Shown here piece after piece: positions 28,818 to 39,008 of a stretch of DNA of 64,000 nucleotides. Origin of the DNA: a virus (lineage: Duplodnaviria; Caudoviricetes). The translations under genes were made by a program, and so were the position numbers. The stretch covers positions 2,193 through 66,192 of IMG/VR virus record IMGVR_UViG_3300033147_000418; one strand, 5' to 3'. Within the stretch, counting starts at the first letter, position 1; each line of letters begins with the position of its first letter. Below the pieces are notes generated by a model, which was not told the DNA's origin, searched no databases, and saw only the letters and a list, made by a program, of their open reading frames with translations.

Positions 28818-29920
28818 TAGACCTCGTACCCGCGAATCACGGTGTCGATCTCCTGCGAGGAATTACTCAAGCGAGAACGATAAATCCGAAGAGTTCCTTC
28901 GCCCGCTGTAGGCATCCCAATCATTGCCGTTCCGTCACGGGTCTCAGAGGTGTCCGGGTAGTTGCCGAACTGCGTTTGCCCGACGATGTAGATTCGGTCC
29001 AATAGACGTTCAGTGGTCCCGTCCCAGTAGAAGTACTCGCACTTGGACCCGTCGGCCGATGGATCTCCCTGGCAGCCTGCCACGATCTGCTGTATGTGCA
29101 GCGTCTTCCCGTTCGTGATTTCGTACTCTGTAAGATGGGGCGAGTTCGAGTTGCTAATCGCCAGAGGGGTGTCCGCAGAAACGGTCAGCTTGATACCGCC
29201 CTGGGGCGGAGGAGGGATTTGGACCGTGACTTGCCCCGTGATGGCAAGTCTGTGCAGTCCTGAAATCTGAGCATCTTCGACAGTCATCAGCTGGTGCTGT
29301 GTGGCCGACTCGTCTATGCCTAGTGCACCTACGTCACCGATGTCGTTCGTTCCTGCAGGTAGCGCATCGGTGATCTTCTTGATTCCTGCTGTATCGCGAA
29401 TCGCTGTGAGAATTGTTTCGATGTCTGAGCTGTTCACCAACAGCGCTGCAATGTCCCCTGCCTGCGCCGCCAGGGTCGCTTGGGTCGCGAAATCCTTCCC
29501 GTCAAGTGAGGCGAGGAGGGCACGAACGGCCTCGAGCTTGACCTCGGTCGAGAGAGTCGAGAGCGTGGCCTCCGTCGCGGCGCCAGTCGGGAGTGGGAGG
29601 CTCGCTACACTGACTGGCTGGGTTTCGGCCAAGTCCGCCTTGGTTTGGAGTTCGGCGAGCAGCGCGGCAAGGGTTGTCTGGGTCGCGTAGTCCACCGCTG
29701 CCAGCACACCAGTGTCCACGTCGATTGTGGCGAGGAGGGCGCGGACGGCCTCGAGCTTAACCTCGGTGGCAAGAGTGGCCACGGTGGCTTCTGTTGCCAG
29801 TCCATGCCCTACCTTGAGATCGGCCTCAACCTGCAGGCGATAGACCGCACCATCGAGCACAACACCCACCGGGTTGACGCCCGTGGAATCGTAGATGATT
29901 GCTGCTGGTGACTGCGCCAT
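28817..29920 (-). CDS. putative fibre protein with an internal duplication
   Basis: ATEAT.ATL.TEVKLEAVRALLA...D.ATQ.TLAA occurs twice. Confidence 0.6.
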   Translation of the reverse strand: MAQSPAAIIYDSTGVNPVGVVLDGAVYRLQVEADLKVGHGLATEATVATLATEVKLEAVRALLATIDVDTGVLAAVDYATQTTLAALLAELQTKADLAETQPVSVASLPLPTGAATEATLSTLSTEVKLEAVRALLASLDGKDFATQATLAAQAGDIAALLVNSSDIETILTAIRDTAGIKKITDALPAGTNDIGDVGALGIDESATQHQLMTVEDAQISGLHRLAITGQVTVQIPPPPQGGIKLTVSADTPLAISNSNSPHLTEYEITNGKTLHIQQIVAGCQGDPSADGSKCEYFYWDGTTERLLDRIYIVGQTQFGNYPDTSETRDGTAMIGMPTAGEGTLRIYRSRLSNSSQEIDTVIRGYEV

Positions 29921-30504
29921 TACGCGATCGTCCTAGTACGGGATGACTCGAATGCTCCTACGTACGATATCGCATCTGTGATGGTTGCCAGAACGGTACT
30001 TCCATCGGGGTCGAAAACCTTCCATACCTCTTGGGTAATTTTGGCTCCTGACCACGTTGTATCCAGAGAGACTATTTTCTTGAGCTTCGAAGAAGACTCC
30101 CACCAAATCTCGCTGGTCGGGAAAGGGCCGGTGGGAGCGCTTTCCTTGAAGGCGCCACTGGCGAACCCGCCTCCTGGTCCATCGTTTAGAAAGTGGATCA
30201 GCTGGCGTAGCGTCTTGTGGGACGACTCGGTAAGTCCCGCCGAACCCGCCAGGAGCTCGGTGAGGGTGTGCTCAGCCCCAGTAACGACATCCCGAAAAAG
30301 CATGTCACCCGTGGCCGAGTCACGGGTGACGTAGACGAGCTCATCCTTGCCGGACGAGCCCTGGAAGAAGATGCCGTGAACCTCGGGGGCGTCCTCGTTC
30401 GGGTCGAGGTGGACGGGATAGCCGTCCTCGGCGTCCGCCCCATCGCCCCCACCGGCCACGCTCTCATTCTTGAGAATCTGAACGCGGTCGGTGGGAGCAG
30501 CCAT
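29920..30504 (-). CDS. hypothetical structural protein
   Basis: 194-aa ORF, coupled to the downstream gene. Confidence 0.6.
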   Translation of the reverse strand: MAAPTDRVQILKNESVAGGGDGADAEDGYPVHLDPNEDAPEVHGIFFQGSSGKDELVYVTRDSATGDMLFRDVVTGAEHTLTELLAGSAGLTESSHKTLRQLIHFLNDGPGGGFASGAFKESAPTGPFPTSEIWWESSSKLKKIVSLDTTWSGAKITQEVWKVFDPDGSTVLATITDAISYVGAFESSRTRTIA

Positions 30505-30535
30505 AGAGCTAGGCTATCAGATCGTAGCCGGCTCG

Positions 30536-32314
30536 TTAGTTCACTTTGCCGAGGTACTGCGGCTCGATGTGCAGCTCTTGGCCGACAGTGTTTGCGCACT
30601 TGCCGATCACCATGCGGTGGTTGCCACTGGTGGCCGGAGGGATGACAGTCGTGAGACCGCCAGCGACGGCCAGGTAGACCAGGGCGCCCGCCACCGGCGT
30701 GGTGATGGCTACCGAACTCTGCTTACCTGCAGAGACGACCTCGACAGCAGCCGAAGCTCCTACCGTGGTCTTTGCGATACCGATGTACTTTCGGGTGTTG
30801 TTGTTGTTGGCAAGACACTTCGACACGATCCCGTTTGCCGAGATGTAGACCGGGTCGCCGGCCGTGACACCTGTGCCGTCCGTGGTGTACCCCGTCTCGA
30901 TCCGCTCTGCTTCGGCTGTTCCGGCGTGAACGTGCAGAGATGTTGTCGAGCCATCGGTCAGCTCGGTCAGCTCCGCACCCGTTGCTGCGGTATCGGAGTG
31001 AGATGCGATGGTGTGAGACTCGGCGTGATGCTGATCGCTGGTCACACCCGACAGATCGGTGTGAGCCATCGAGAGGTCACTGGCACTGTGGATATGCAGC
31101 CCGGCCGCATCCGAACCATCAGTGAGAGTGTTCAGCTCGGCACCCGTACCCGACGTATCGGAGTGAGATGCGATGGTGTGAGAGCCGACCGCGCTATGGG
31201 TGTGCAGAGAGTCGGCGTTCGAGACGTCGGTCAACGTGTCCAAGTTGGCTGCGGTGACCGTTGCTCCGGTAGCGGTTGCCCCGATCTTGAACAGATCCGG
31301 GACACCCACGACGTAGAGCCCGGAGGCATCCTTCGCCAACTCGTTCGCGCTCTTGAGGAGCAGGTCGAGCTTGTTCGAGGTGAACTGGAGACCGGGGTTG
31401 GTTGCCAGATCGACCGCAACATCGTTGGCGTTGGCAACGATACCGTCACCGCCCACGACATCGAGGGTGTTGGCGGTCTTGGTGAGGCCGTCGCCGGCGT
31501 TGATGTTACCGGTACCAGTGAACTGGATCCAGGCACCACTGGGGGACGTACCTTCGTACGTGTAACCTTCGTTGTCGTAAACACCGATGTGCCCTGGGTC
31601 CTGGATCAGGACAGCGGCGGAGTCCACGGCGTCGCCTGTGTCAGTGGGCGTGAGGCTCGCTCCACCGAACTCGTGGATCTCATCGTTGTCGGTGGCATCG
31701 GTGTGCGGAGCGATCAGAGTTCCGGTGCCCGACAGGATGACTCGGGTGCCGATGGGCGGGAACCCACCGCTGTTTGTGATCAGGATGATCCAGTCCGTGC
31801 CATCGAACTCCACGATGTCACCGGCCGCAACCGTCGGGTCGGCGCCAGCACCTTCGGTAAGATCGCCTGCATCGGACATGACGTAGGAGTCACCGAGCGT
31901 CCCAGAGAGGGCGTTGATGGTGGCAACGTCATTGGTGCCGAGCATGTTGAGGGTGACGACTCCCTCTTTCCAGCCGAGTCCGGAGACAAGACTGTCGACG
32001 TACGCCTTGGATGCGGCAGCCGTAGCTCCGGTGGGTACGGCCGGTAGGCCTGTGAGCTCACCGCCGCCGGCAACATCGATGTCTCCGCCGGAGGTGATTG
32101 TCAGGTCACCTAGCTCGGCACCAGTCTGCTGGTACCCGATGGCATCGCCATCAGCGCTCGCATCGCCCAGACCGGTGATCTTCTCACCCGCCATCGTAAT
32201 GCCGCCGCCGCCCGCATCCATGGTCAACGAGTTGATCGTGAAGTCGTCGGCGGTGGGATCATTTTCGACCGGAAAACCATCCGTGTCGAACTTGAACATT
32301 TTGATCTGGGCCAT
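30536..32314 (-). CDS. fibre protein with His-rich (HxH) repeats
   Basis: AASKAYVD, AGDGL and GGDGI fibre repeats; repeated LTDGS...H.H; decoration-like C-terminal domain. Confidence 0.7.
   Translation of the reverse strand: MAQIKMFKFDTDGFPVENDPTADDFTINSLTMDAGGGGITMAGEKITGLGDASADGDAIGYQQTGAELGDLTITSGGDIDVAGGGELTGLPAVPTGATAAASKAYVDSLVSGLGWKEGVVTLNMLGTNDVATINALSGTLGDSYVMSDAGDLTEGAGADPTVAAGDIVEFDGTDWIILITNSGGFPPIGTRVILSGTGTLIAPHTDATDNDEIHEFGGASLTPTDTGDAVDSAAVLIQDPGHIGVYDNEGYTYEGTSPSGAWIQFTGTGNINAGDGLTKTANTLDVVGGDGIVANANDVAVDLATNPGLQFTSNKLDLLLKSANELAKDASGLYVVGVPDLFKIGATATGATVTAANLDTLTDVSNADSLHTHSAVGSHTIASHSDTSGTGAELNTLTDGSDAAGLHIHSASDLSMAHTDLSGVTSDQHHAESHTIASHSDTAATGAELTELTDGSTTSLHVHAGTAEAERIETGYTTDGTGVTAGDPVYISANGIVSKCLANNNNTRKYIGIAKTTVGASAAVEVVSAGKQSSVAITTPVAGALVYLAVAGGLTTVIPPATSGNHRMVIGKCANTVGQELHIEPQYLGKVN
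30990..31183. repeat. 29-bp direct repeat pair (30990-31018 and 31155-31183)
   Basis: GTATCGGAGTGAGATGCGATGGTGTGAGA twice, encoding SHTIASHSDT. Confidence 0.85.
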
Positions 32315-32332
32315 GCTGGTGTCTCCTACTGG

Positions 32333-32821
32333 TTATGTTGGAGGCGCGATCGGAAGAACGACCCCCGTGTCTGAATCGAACGAGAAATCCTTGAGCTCCT
32401 CGGGCTTGATCCCGAGCTTCCTTCCGCACTCGAGCTGGATCTGAGCAAGTTCAGTGCGCTTTGCGCGTACGTCCTTGATGATTTGGTTCTGCTCGTTGAG
32501 TGCGCGAGTGACTTCGAAGTGAACGGGTTTGGACAGGAGAAGCTCCACCCTTGCCTTGGCGACTTCGGTCTTCGCCATGACCTCGCCCATCTCGGCCGCG
32601 GCGGCCTTGAAGCGGAGGTGCAACGTCCCCCTCAGCTTCATGGGGTAGGGCAGCTCGCCGGCGACGGCTCCTACTCCAGGCGTTGAAGCATTCTTCTTCT
32701 TGGTTGCGGGAGTCTTTTTTGCCGTCGCGGCAGACGCCTTCTTCTTGGCGGCTGCTCGTTTCTTGGACGCGGCAGTTCTCCCGACAGCCTTCTTCGCTGT
32801 CTTGGAATTTTTCCTTGCCAT
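32333..32821 (-). CDS. hypothetical protein with a histone-H1-like Lys/Ala N-terminus and a coiled coil
   Basis: KTAKKAVGRTAASKKRAAAKKKA. Confidence 0.65.
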   Translation of the reverse strand: MARKNSKTAKKAVGRTAASKKRAAAKKKASAATAKKTPATKKKNASTPGVGAVAGELPYPMKLRGTLHLRFKAAAAEMGEVMAKTEVAKARVELLLSKPVHFEVTRALNEQNQIIKDVRAKRTELAQIQLECGRKLGIKPEELKDFSFDSDTGVVLPIAPPT

Positions 32822-32830
32822 CTCTCTTGA

Positions 32831-33289
32831 TTATCCTCTGAGTTTGACTGGGTTGAGGTCGGGTCGGAGCATCAGGATCGAGCCCTCAAGCGCCACCCCC
32901 GCCACCTGGACAACTATCGTACCACTAGCCGGTGTTGCTGGCGGAGCATTTGCGAGCTTCGAATCGGCACCGATCCAATATCGGTTGTCGACACCGGGAG
33001 ACAGCCCCGTGGTCGCGAGCTCGCCAAGTACCTGCACGACACATCGCGTTGCGGTGCTCTTCGAAATGATGATGCCGGGCGAAGGCATCTTCGCGGAATC
33101 GGTAGGCTCACATTTGGCTACCTGTCGGAAGCCTCCAATCGGCACGCCGGTGACGTAGATGAAGTGGCCGACCTCGTCGCTCGACAAACAGTCCGCGTCC
33201 CACGAAACAAAGTCCGGTGTCGGCGCCGGCGTTGTACCGCTCCCGTCGTCGCACAGTAGACAAGAAGACTTTCCATCACGAAACGCCAT
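32831..33289 (-). CDS. putative decoration / head-fibre-like protein
   Basis: Similar to the C-terminal domain of 30536..32314 (VG..VY.......GI........V...G). Confidence 0.55.
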   Translation of the reverse strand: MAFRDGKSSCLLCDDGSGTTPAPTPDFVSWDADCLSSDEVGHFIYVTGVPIGGFRQVAKCEPTDSAKMPSPGIIISKSTATRCVVQVLGELATTGLSPGVDNRYWIGADSKLANAPPATPASGTIVVQVAGVALEGSILMLRPDLNPVKLRG

Positions 33290-33293
33290 CTGA

Positions 33294-33686
33294 TCAAACC
33301 GTGGATTGCAACGTTATGCGGGCGATGAGTTTAACCGTCGCCCCGGTCGAGCGGATCACGAGGGATTGCTTCTTGGACAGCACCACCGACTCTCCGACGG
33401 TCGTGACGAAGTCTGTTTCGTCGGTCCCGCACAGGAAGAGCAGCTCGTCACCATCGCGGTCGCGTTTGTGCACGGTCCACGAGGTCTGTCCGCCGAGCTT
33501 GAGCTCGACAGAGCGCACCATCAACGGTTCCGTGAGCTCGGGATCGGGTGTGAACAGCCCACCCACGGCGCCTATCGGATAGGCCTCGAGGTGGTCGCCA
33601 CGGATGATGGCGTCGACGGGCACGACCCCGGTCCAGTCGTTGGCCGCGAGCAGCTTCTGCTCGATGATGCGCAGGCCGTTCGCCAT
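33294..33686 (-). CDS. hypothetical protein
   Basis: 130 aa, coupled to the terminase stop. Confidence 0.6.
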   Translation of the reverse strand: MANGLRIIEQKLLAANDWTGVVPVDAIIRGDHLEAYPIGAVGGLFTPDPELTEPLMVRSVELKLGGQTSWTVHKRDRDGDELLFLCGTDETDFVTTVGESVVLSKKQSLVIRSTGATVKLIARITLQSTV

Positions 33687-35455
33687 TAGAATCTCCCGTG
33701 GCTGATGTCGGCTGCCAGCTTGCAGTAGGCCAAGCTGTGCAGCGCGTCGTCCGGCTGGTCGATGGGGTGGTCGTACATCATCATCCTGGTGCGATCATTG
33801 TACTCCACGTACTCGGCGAGGATGTCGGCCCCGAATGGCTCGAACTCATCCCAGGCCGGGAACATGAACCGCTCCTGCTTGATGTCCTGGAACAGCTGCG
33901 AAAGCACAGCGTTCCTGTTCACGATGAACTTGAACGCGTTTGGATCCCAGCGCTTGCGCTCGCCAAGCGACGTCGAGTAGGCGAATTGCATGACGGCGTC
34001 ACGGCCGCGGGCCGCAAACAGCCGACTGTTCATGCCCCACCCGTGTCCCCAGTCTGCGCCCAGCACCTCGACGTTCCAATATCCGCAGAGATGGATTACG
34101 TCGGGCAGGATGAACTCGGGATCGATCTCCTTGCCGACATACCGCTTCATCATGAACGGCCAGAAGAGTTCCTCGTTGAGGTAGCCCCCGATGGTTAGCA
34201 CGGTCCACGAAGCGTACTTCTTCCGTCCGCCGACTCTCTCGCCCTCCTCTCGCCCTTCCCCCCAGTCGATCCCCGCGAAGAGTCGCATCCCAGCGTGCTC
34301 ACTGGACCGTCGATGGATGAACGCGGCGGACGACTTTCCCTCGACCTGCTTGCTTGGATGACAGCACCGCTGGACGTCCATTCGTGTAACAGGCGCCGAG
34401 GCTGTGTCGAAAGCAAAGCCCAAGATCTCGTTGTTGAACTTGGACTCGGGCCACTTCTCGAACGGCAGCACAATCTCTGCGTGCCAGGCCTCGGGTGATT
34501 GTTTCCATGGCACCATCAGCTGCGAGATGTGGTAGCCGACATAGAATTCGTCAGGCTGGAAGGAAACCCATTGCCCCTGTGCTGGGTTGATTCGCTTGCC
34601 ACAGTTCGAGCAGATCAGGCCAGCCTTCCCTATGCAGTTCGAGTCGAGAAAATTCCAGAACCTGGGCTTTTTGCAATCACACGGAACAAGCCATTCGTTC
34701 TGAGTCGACCAGCTCCAATACTCCTCGAGCGTGTTCGAGAAGGTCAGCGGTGTGCCGGTGAGCATCTCGCTGCCCTCGACGCCGGCGGCTAGCCTCGAGG
34801 CCGACAGCGACTGGCTGATGACCTTGATGTTGTCCTTCAGCAGGTCCTGGGCTTCATCGAAGAACACGCGACTCGCCGGGATGCCTCGGGCGCGCGCCGC
34901 GGTCAGGAAGGCGTAGCGCAGGAACATGTAGGAGCCGTTGAGCAGCGTCTTCTCGAAGACCTGGTCAGTGATCCCCTTGCCGACGAACACGTCCTTTATG
35001 AACGGAGAATCGTAGATCGTTGGACGCAGTTTCTCGTTCGAGTACTGCCGGGTCTGAAGAGCCGACGGAGAGACGTATAAGCTGCGCCAGTGCGGCCGGA
35101 TCACAGCCTCGAGCAATTGCAGGTTGCAGATGGTGGTCGACTTCGCGACCTGGCGCGAACACTTCAGGACAATGCGCGGGTCCTCGTTGTTGTAGACGGG
35201 AAGCAGGAATGCGTGGTTGTCAAGCCTGAGCGGGCGACCAAGGTGGTGAAGTATGGACTGCGCAATGTCGCTCTTGCGTCCACGGAAAGCCGGCTTGTCC
35301 GTCTCCGTGTCGATCTCGAGCAAGCGAGGCTTCCAGTCGTAGGCCTTGTTCCAGTCGATGTTGGTCGTGAATTTTGGTGGTTCGGTATAGCCGGTGAGAT
35401 CGAAGGGATCAGCGTCAAGGGCTTCGTCGGTTTCGGCTGCGTTGATGTCGGCCAT
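33686..35455 (-). CDS. terminase large subunit
   Basis: Walker A VLKCSRQVAKST, Walker B VFFDEAQD, GTP coupling motif, nuclease AGIDWG and PDDALHSLAY. Confidence 0.9.
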   Translation of the reverse strand: MADINAAETDEALDADPFDLTGYTEPPKFTTNIDWNKAYDWKPRLLEIDTETDKPAFRGRKSDIAQSILHHLGRPLRLDNHAFLLPVYNNEDPRIVLKCSRQVAKSTTICNLQLLEAVIRPHWRSLYVSPSALQTRQYSNEKLRPTIYDSPFIKDVFVGKGITDQVFEKTLLNGSYMFLRYAFLTAARARGIPASRVFFDEAQDLLKDNIKVISQSLSASRLAAGVEGSEMLTGTPLTFSNTLEEYWSWSTQNEWLVPCDCKKPRFWNFLDSNCIGKAGLICSNCGKRINPAQGQWVSFQPDEFYVGYHISQLMVPWKQSPEAWHAEIVLPFEKWPESKFNNEILGFAFDTASAPVTRMDVQRCCHPSKQVEGKSSAAFIHRRSSEHAGMRLFAGIDWGEGREEGERVGGRKKYASWTVLTIGGYLNEELFWPFMMKRYVGKEIDPEFILPDVIHLCGYWNVEVLGADWGHGWGMNSRLFAARGRDAVMQFAYSTSLGERKRWDPNAFKFIVNRNAVLSQLFQDIKQERFMFPAWDEFEPFGADILAEYVEYNDRTRMMMYDHPIDQPDDALHSLAYCKLAADISHGRF

Positions 35456-36348
35456 CAGGATTTGCCCTCGGACTGCTTGGCGTCCTTGTGGTCGGAAACG
35501 CTACCTTGCAATTCCGACAAGGAGATGTGCTTCGACTTCGTGACCTGCACAGAGAAGAGCCCATCGAAGTCGGACCTCGACGGAGCATCCGGATTTTTCG
35601 CGCTCTCGCGTGCAGCAGTATTCGATGCATTCCATGCCTTGAGAGTCGCCTCGTGCCATTTGAGTGCGCCGGATGATTCTGGGTGCGGCGCCCTCATGGC
35701 GGTCTTGAACTGGCGATAGGCAGAGCCAATCAGATCTTCGATGATGCTGCCATGGTTGACCTGCGGGTCTGCGTCGAGCACCTCTCGTATTCGCTCGGCC
35801 GTTGGAGACGAAAGTCCGACGCCTAGGTAGTGCTGCTCCTCCTTTGTGAGAAGCATTTCGATGAACATCGGCCAGTCGTCGCGCGCCAGGATCGAGATGT
35901 CCCAGAACAAAGCCTTGTAGAGGGCGAAGGTAGAGGGGCTGAACGAAATGCCGAACTGCGTTTGGAGCAGATCCGCCACCTCATCGCTATCGGCGTTCGA
36001 AAGGAGCAGCATCCCGCAGGCCGCTCGAGCATGAGGGTTGACGAACACCTTGAACGCTGCCCCGAGCTCGAGGTTCTCGATGGCGCCAAACTCTGGCTGG
36101 TACTCCCATAGGCAGCGAAACCCCTCATCGCCGGCCCACTCGAGGACACCCGCTACCGCCAGCAGCTGGCTGTCGGGTACATCGATGTACGAAACGATGC
36201 CAAACGGCGCTTCGGCGCGGATGGAGCTGCGCGCGCGCGCGACCCACAGGTCCCCTACAGGCGGAAGGCCGTAACGCTCTAGCTTGGCGTTGACATCAGC
36301 CTTGCGCGAGACAAGGAATCGAAGAAAGCGCTCGTAGGGGTATCTCAC
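35455..36348 (-). CDS. hypothetical protein (terminase small subunit candidate)
   Basis: Directly upstream of and coupled to the large terminase gene; function inferred from position only. Confidence 0.5.
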   Translation of the reverse strand: MRYPYERFLRFLVSRKADVNAKLERYGLPPVGDLWVARARSSIRAEAPFGIVSYIDVPDSQLLAVAGVLEWAGDEGFRCLWEYQPEFGAIENLELGAAFKVFVNPHARAACGMLLLSNADSDEVADLLQTQFGISFSPSTFALYKALFWDISILARDDWPMFIEMLLTKEEQHYLGVGLSSPTAERIREVLDADPQVNHGSIIEDLIGSAYRQFKTAMRAPHPESSGALKWHEATLKAWNASNTAARESAKNPDAPSRSDFDGLFSVQVTKSKHISLSELQGSVSDHKDAKQSEGKS

Positions 36349-36354
36349 GCAGTA

Positions 36355-38550
36355 TCATCGTGTGAAGCCAACGGGGGCCGCGGCCTCGACAATGCGGCCC
36401 CCGGCCAGACGGGGCTGAGGCCTCGCTGCAGAGGTTTTGGTTTGGTCGCCGTTCAGCTTCAGACGACCGAGGCCGTCGATGACCCGTTGGAGGTGTTGCA
36501 GGGCGGACCGAACCGCTTCCTCAGGGATGTCCTCCATGCCCAGGCGCGCAGCGAGGAGGAGCTTCGAGAGCATGTGGCTGACCTCCCAAAGCAAAGGCTT
36601 TGCCGTCGAGAAGCGCTCGAGGTTCTCTTCGTTGACGAATCCGAGCGAGAGAACGGAGTCGACGGACTCTGAGTCGTCGAAGTTGGCGGCTATCTTCACG
36701 AGCTCATCGATCGGCGGCTTGATCTGCTGAGCGAGCCGTCTGTGCGCGAGGTTGGGCGCAGCGGTCTTGATCTCGGCGGGGAGCGGGGGGAAGCGGAGGT
36801 GGTGCACCTCGAGCCGAACGCGGCTGTGCGCGCCGTTGAGGACCTCGGCGGTCTTCTCGTGGCTGAGCCCCCACGAGCACAGGAGGAACTCGGCCTCGTG
36901 GCGCTGCAGGTGGTTGAAGTCGAACGCCTGCTTGGCAGCGGAGCTGTACTTCGAGGTGGCAGCGTACTTCGAGATAGCCCCACCGCGCAGGATGTACCGT
37001 CCATTGGCGGTCGCCACCTTGATCGGGTTGATGTCCAGATGCTCGAGCGCGATGCGCTTGAAGTCGTCGGGGCTTTCAGAGATCGGGCACAGCCGGGGCA
37101 TGCGAACGAAGAACATCTTGGCCGACACGATGTAGTTGGCCTTGGGGCCCATGAGCGGTCCGAGCTCGGGGCGCTGGCTGTCGGCGACGCGAACGATGCC
37201 GTCGACGTTCGGGGACAGGATCAGGTTCGCGTGATTGCCCTTGTAGTCGACGACGCTCAGGCTTCGAAGGTTGTTGAACACGACCACGGACGTGATCTGG
37301 AACGGCACGGTGCCCATAATGCGTTCGCCGTCGCGGTACACCAGCGTTCCGATTTTCCCGGTGTCGGCGCGGTCGGCCTTCAGCGACGTGTCGTCATCGT
37401 CATCCAGGCGGATCCCGGAGATGCGGCTCTGGAAGGAAGCCAGGGCTTTGCCCAGGAACAGCTTGATCGGCGCCGGCTTGCCATCGAAGCTCACCACGTT
37501 GGGGATTACCCAACCCTTCGCCAGAACACCGTCCCGATCTCGCACCCCGTAGCGGCCGTATTTGTCGATCGTCGTCACGACACGATCGTCCTGGAGCGGA
37601 TCGAACACCCACGGGTTCTTGTGAGGGCCCAGGTTGGCGCCGTAGCCGCCAGAGCCGTCGACGCCAGACCCACTGGGCCCATCGATATCGGCCCCGTAAA
37701 CGGGCTTGGGGGGCTCGATGGTGAAGTGGCCGATGTGGTCGATGTGCGTGAGCGGATCCTTCTCGAATTCGTCGAGCTTCGAGCAGCGGAGATCGAGGTA
37801 GCGCTTCATCCCCTGACGATCTGTCGTGACCATGCTCGGGTCGTAGACTCCGTCGTTGGCCGAGTAGAGGCGATAGGCGTCGGGGCCATCCTTCTTGATC
37901 GTGAGTACCGCCGCGGCGCGCTCCTTGTTGATCGCGTCCTGCTCGTCCTCTTTGGGCTTGTTGTCCGCGGCGAACTTCTGCAGAACGTCGAGGGTCCCGT
38001 GGCGGTGATACCCGGCAAGCAGGCTCGGGTTGGACTGGACGGCCTGCTTGAGCAGATGGATGTCGTCGGCGCCACGCGTGCCGTCGATGATCTCCGAGAG
38101 CGGAGCCGAGTAGGAGTACTTCCCCCCCAGCGGGGGATTTCGTGCGTCAGCGAAGACGTCGTCCGTCATCTGGGGCGGCGGCTTCCTTGAGGCCAGCCCC
38201 ACTCCGAGGCTGCTCTGATAGAACGCCTTGGCGACGTTGTCGTCGCTCAGGGGGTAGACCTTGTTGTCGGCGAAGAACAGGTCGATGGGGGCCAGATGCC
38301 ACGACCTGACGATTACCGGAATCCCGATCTGCTTGCCGCCGCTCACGTCGCGGGCAATCGCGGTTCCGACCGCATACCCCTTTTCGTCATCCACCTTCTG
38401 GAAAACGACGGTGGTGTCGAGATCGAGCCCCTTCGGAAGATGCTCCGCGACGATCGCGGAGACCTCTTGCTGCCATTCACGTACGTTGTCCGAGAGCTTC
38501 TTGTACTGGACTCGGCGGAACTGCGGATCTTCTGAGAAGAGGTTTTCCAT
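36355..38550 (-). CDS. large putative head protein (K-x-A family)
   Basis: Start MENLFSED after AGGAG; KFA, KYA, KQA, KTA x2, KIA. Confidence 0.7.
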   Translation of the reverse strand: MENLFSEDPQFRRVQYKKLSDNVREWQQEVSAIVAEHLPKGLDLDTTVVFQKVDDEKGYAVGTAIARDVSGGKQIGIPVIVRSWHLAPIDLFFADNKVYPLSDDNVAKAFYQSSLGVGLASRKPPPQMTDDVFADARNPPLGGKYSYSAPLSEIIDGTRGADDIHLLKQAVQSNPSLLAGYHRHGTLDVLQKFAADNKPKEDEQDAINKERAAAVLTIKKDGPDAYRLYSANDGVYDPSMVTTDRQGMKRYLDLRCSKLDEFEKDPLTHIDHIGHFTIEPPKPVYGADIDGPSGSGVDGSGGYGANLGPHKNPWVFDPLQDDRVVTTIDKYGRYGVRDRDGVLAKGWVIPNVVSFDGKPAPIKLFLGKALASFQSRISGIRLDDDDDTSLKADRADTGKIGTLVYRDGERIMGTVPFQITSVVVFNNLRSLSVVDYKGNHANLILSPNVDGIVRVADSQRPELGPLMGPKANYIVSAKMFFVRMPRLCPISESPDDFKRIALEHLDINPIKVATANGRYILRGGAISKYAATSKYSSAAKQAFDFNHLQRHEAEFLLCSWGLSHEKTAEVLNGAHSRVRLEVHHLRFPPLPAEIKTAAPNLAHRRLAQQIKPPIDELVKIAANFDDSESVDSVLSLGFVNEENLERFSTAKPLLWEVSHMLSKLLLAARLGMEDIPEEAVRSALQHLQRVIDGLGRLKLNGDQTKTSAARPQPRLAGGRIVEAAAPVGFTR

Positions 38551-38558
38551 TGGGGCTC

Positions 38559-39002
38559 CTACAAGATCGGAACAACCACTCCCGGGGGAACGGTCACCTT
38601 GACTGCGCTCAGGGTGAAGCTGCTGATGACGGCTGCGAGACCGTCGGCTTGCTGCTGCGGAGATGCGTCGTCGGGTTGTTGACTGGTAACGCCGCCGGTT
38701 GGAACGACGCCCGTGACGACTCCAGCCTGGGCTGGGACAGGTAGGCCTTGCCAGAAGACGGAAAGCGCCTGAATGAACAAGGTGGGGCCGCCGCCGGCGA
38801 GCTCGGGGTTGAACGCCGCCGCGAGCGCCGATGCAAACGCCCGCTTCTTGGGGGTGGCGGGGATACCGCCGGCGAGCGCGTAATCGGTGTATGCCTGCGC
38901 CCAAGTCTCGGCCGCATCCTTGGTGGATGATGGAGCTGTCTCCGCAACGAACATCGGAAGAAGTCCCGTAGCGAGGACAGATGTGACATTGGCCAGAGGC
39001 AT
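38559..39002 (-). CDS. hypothetical protein (baseplate region)
   Basis: 147-aa ORF downstream of the spike-like gene. Confidence 0.6.
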   Translation of the reverse strand: MPLANVTSVLATGLLPMFVAETAPSSTKDAAETWAQAYTDYALAGGIPATPKKRAFASALAAAFNPELAGGGPTLFIQALSVFWQGLPVPAQAGVVTGVVPTGGVTSQQPDDASPQQQADGLAAVISSFTLSAVKVTVPPGVVVPIL

Positions 39003-39008
39003 GAAGCG

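Noticed and set aside
30990-31183. 29-bp repeat pair as a DGR template/variable repeat or att site
   Set aside because: The copies are identical, in frame within one gene, show no adenine-specific differences, and no reverse transcriptase or integrase is in the window.
38551-38904. Upstream extensions of ORFs 36355..38904, 54732..56144, 9921..10544, 19265..20242, 49607..50290 and 425..1195
   Set aside because: They overlap neighbouring genes in other frames; downstream starts with an SD or stop-start coupling fit better.
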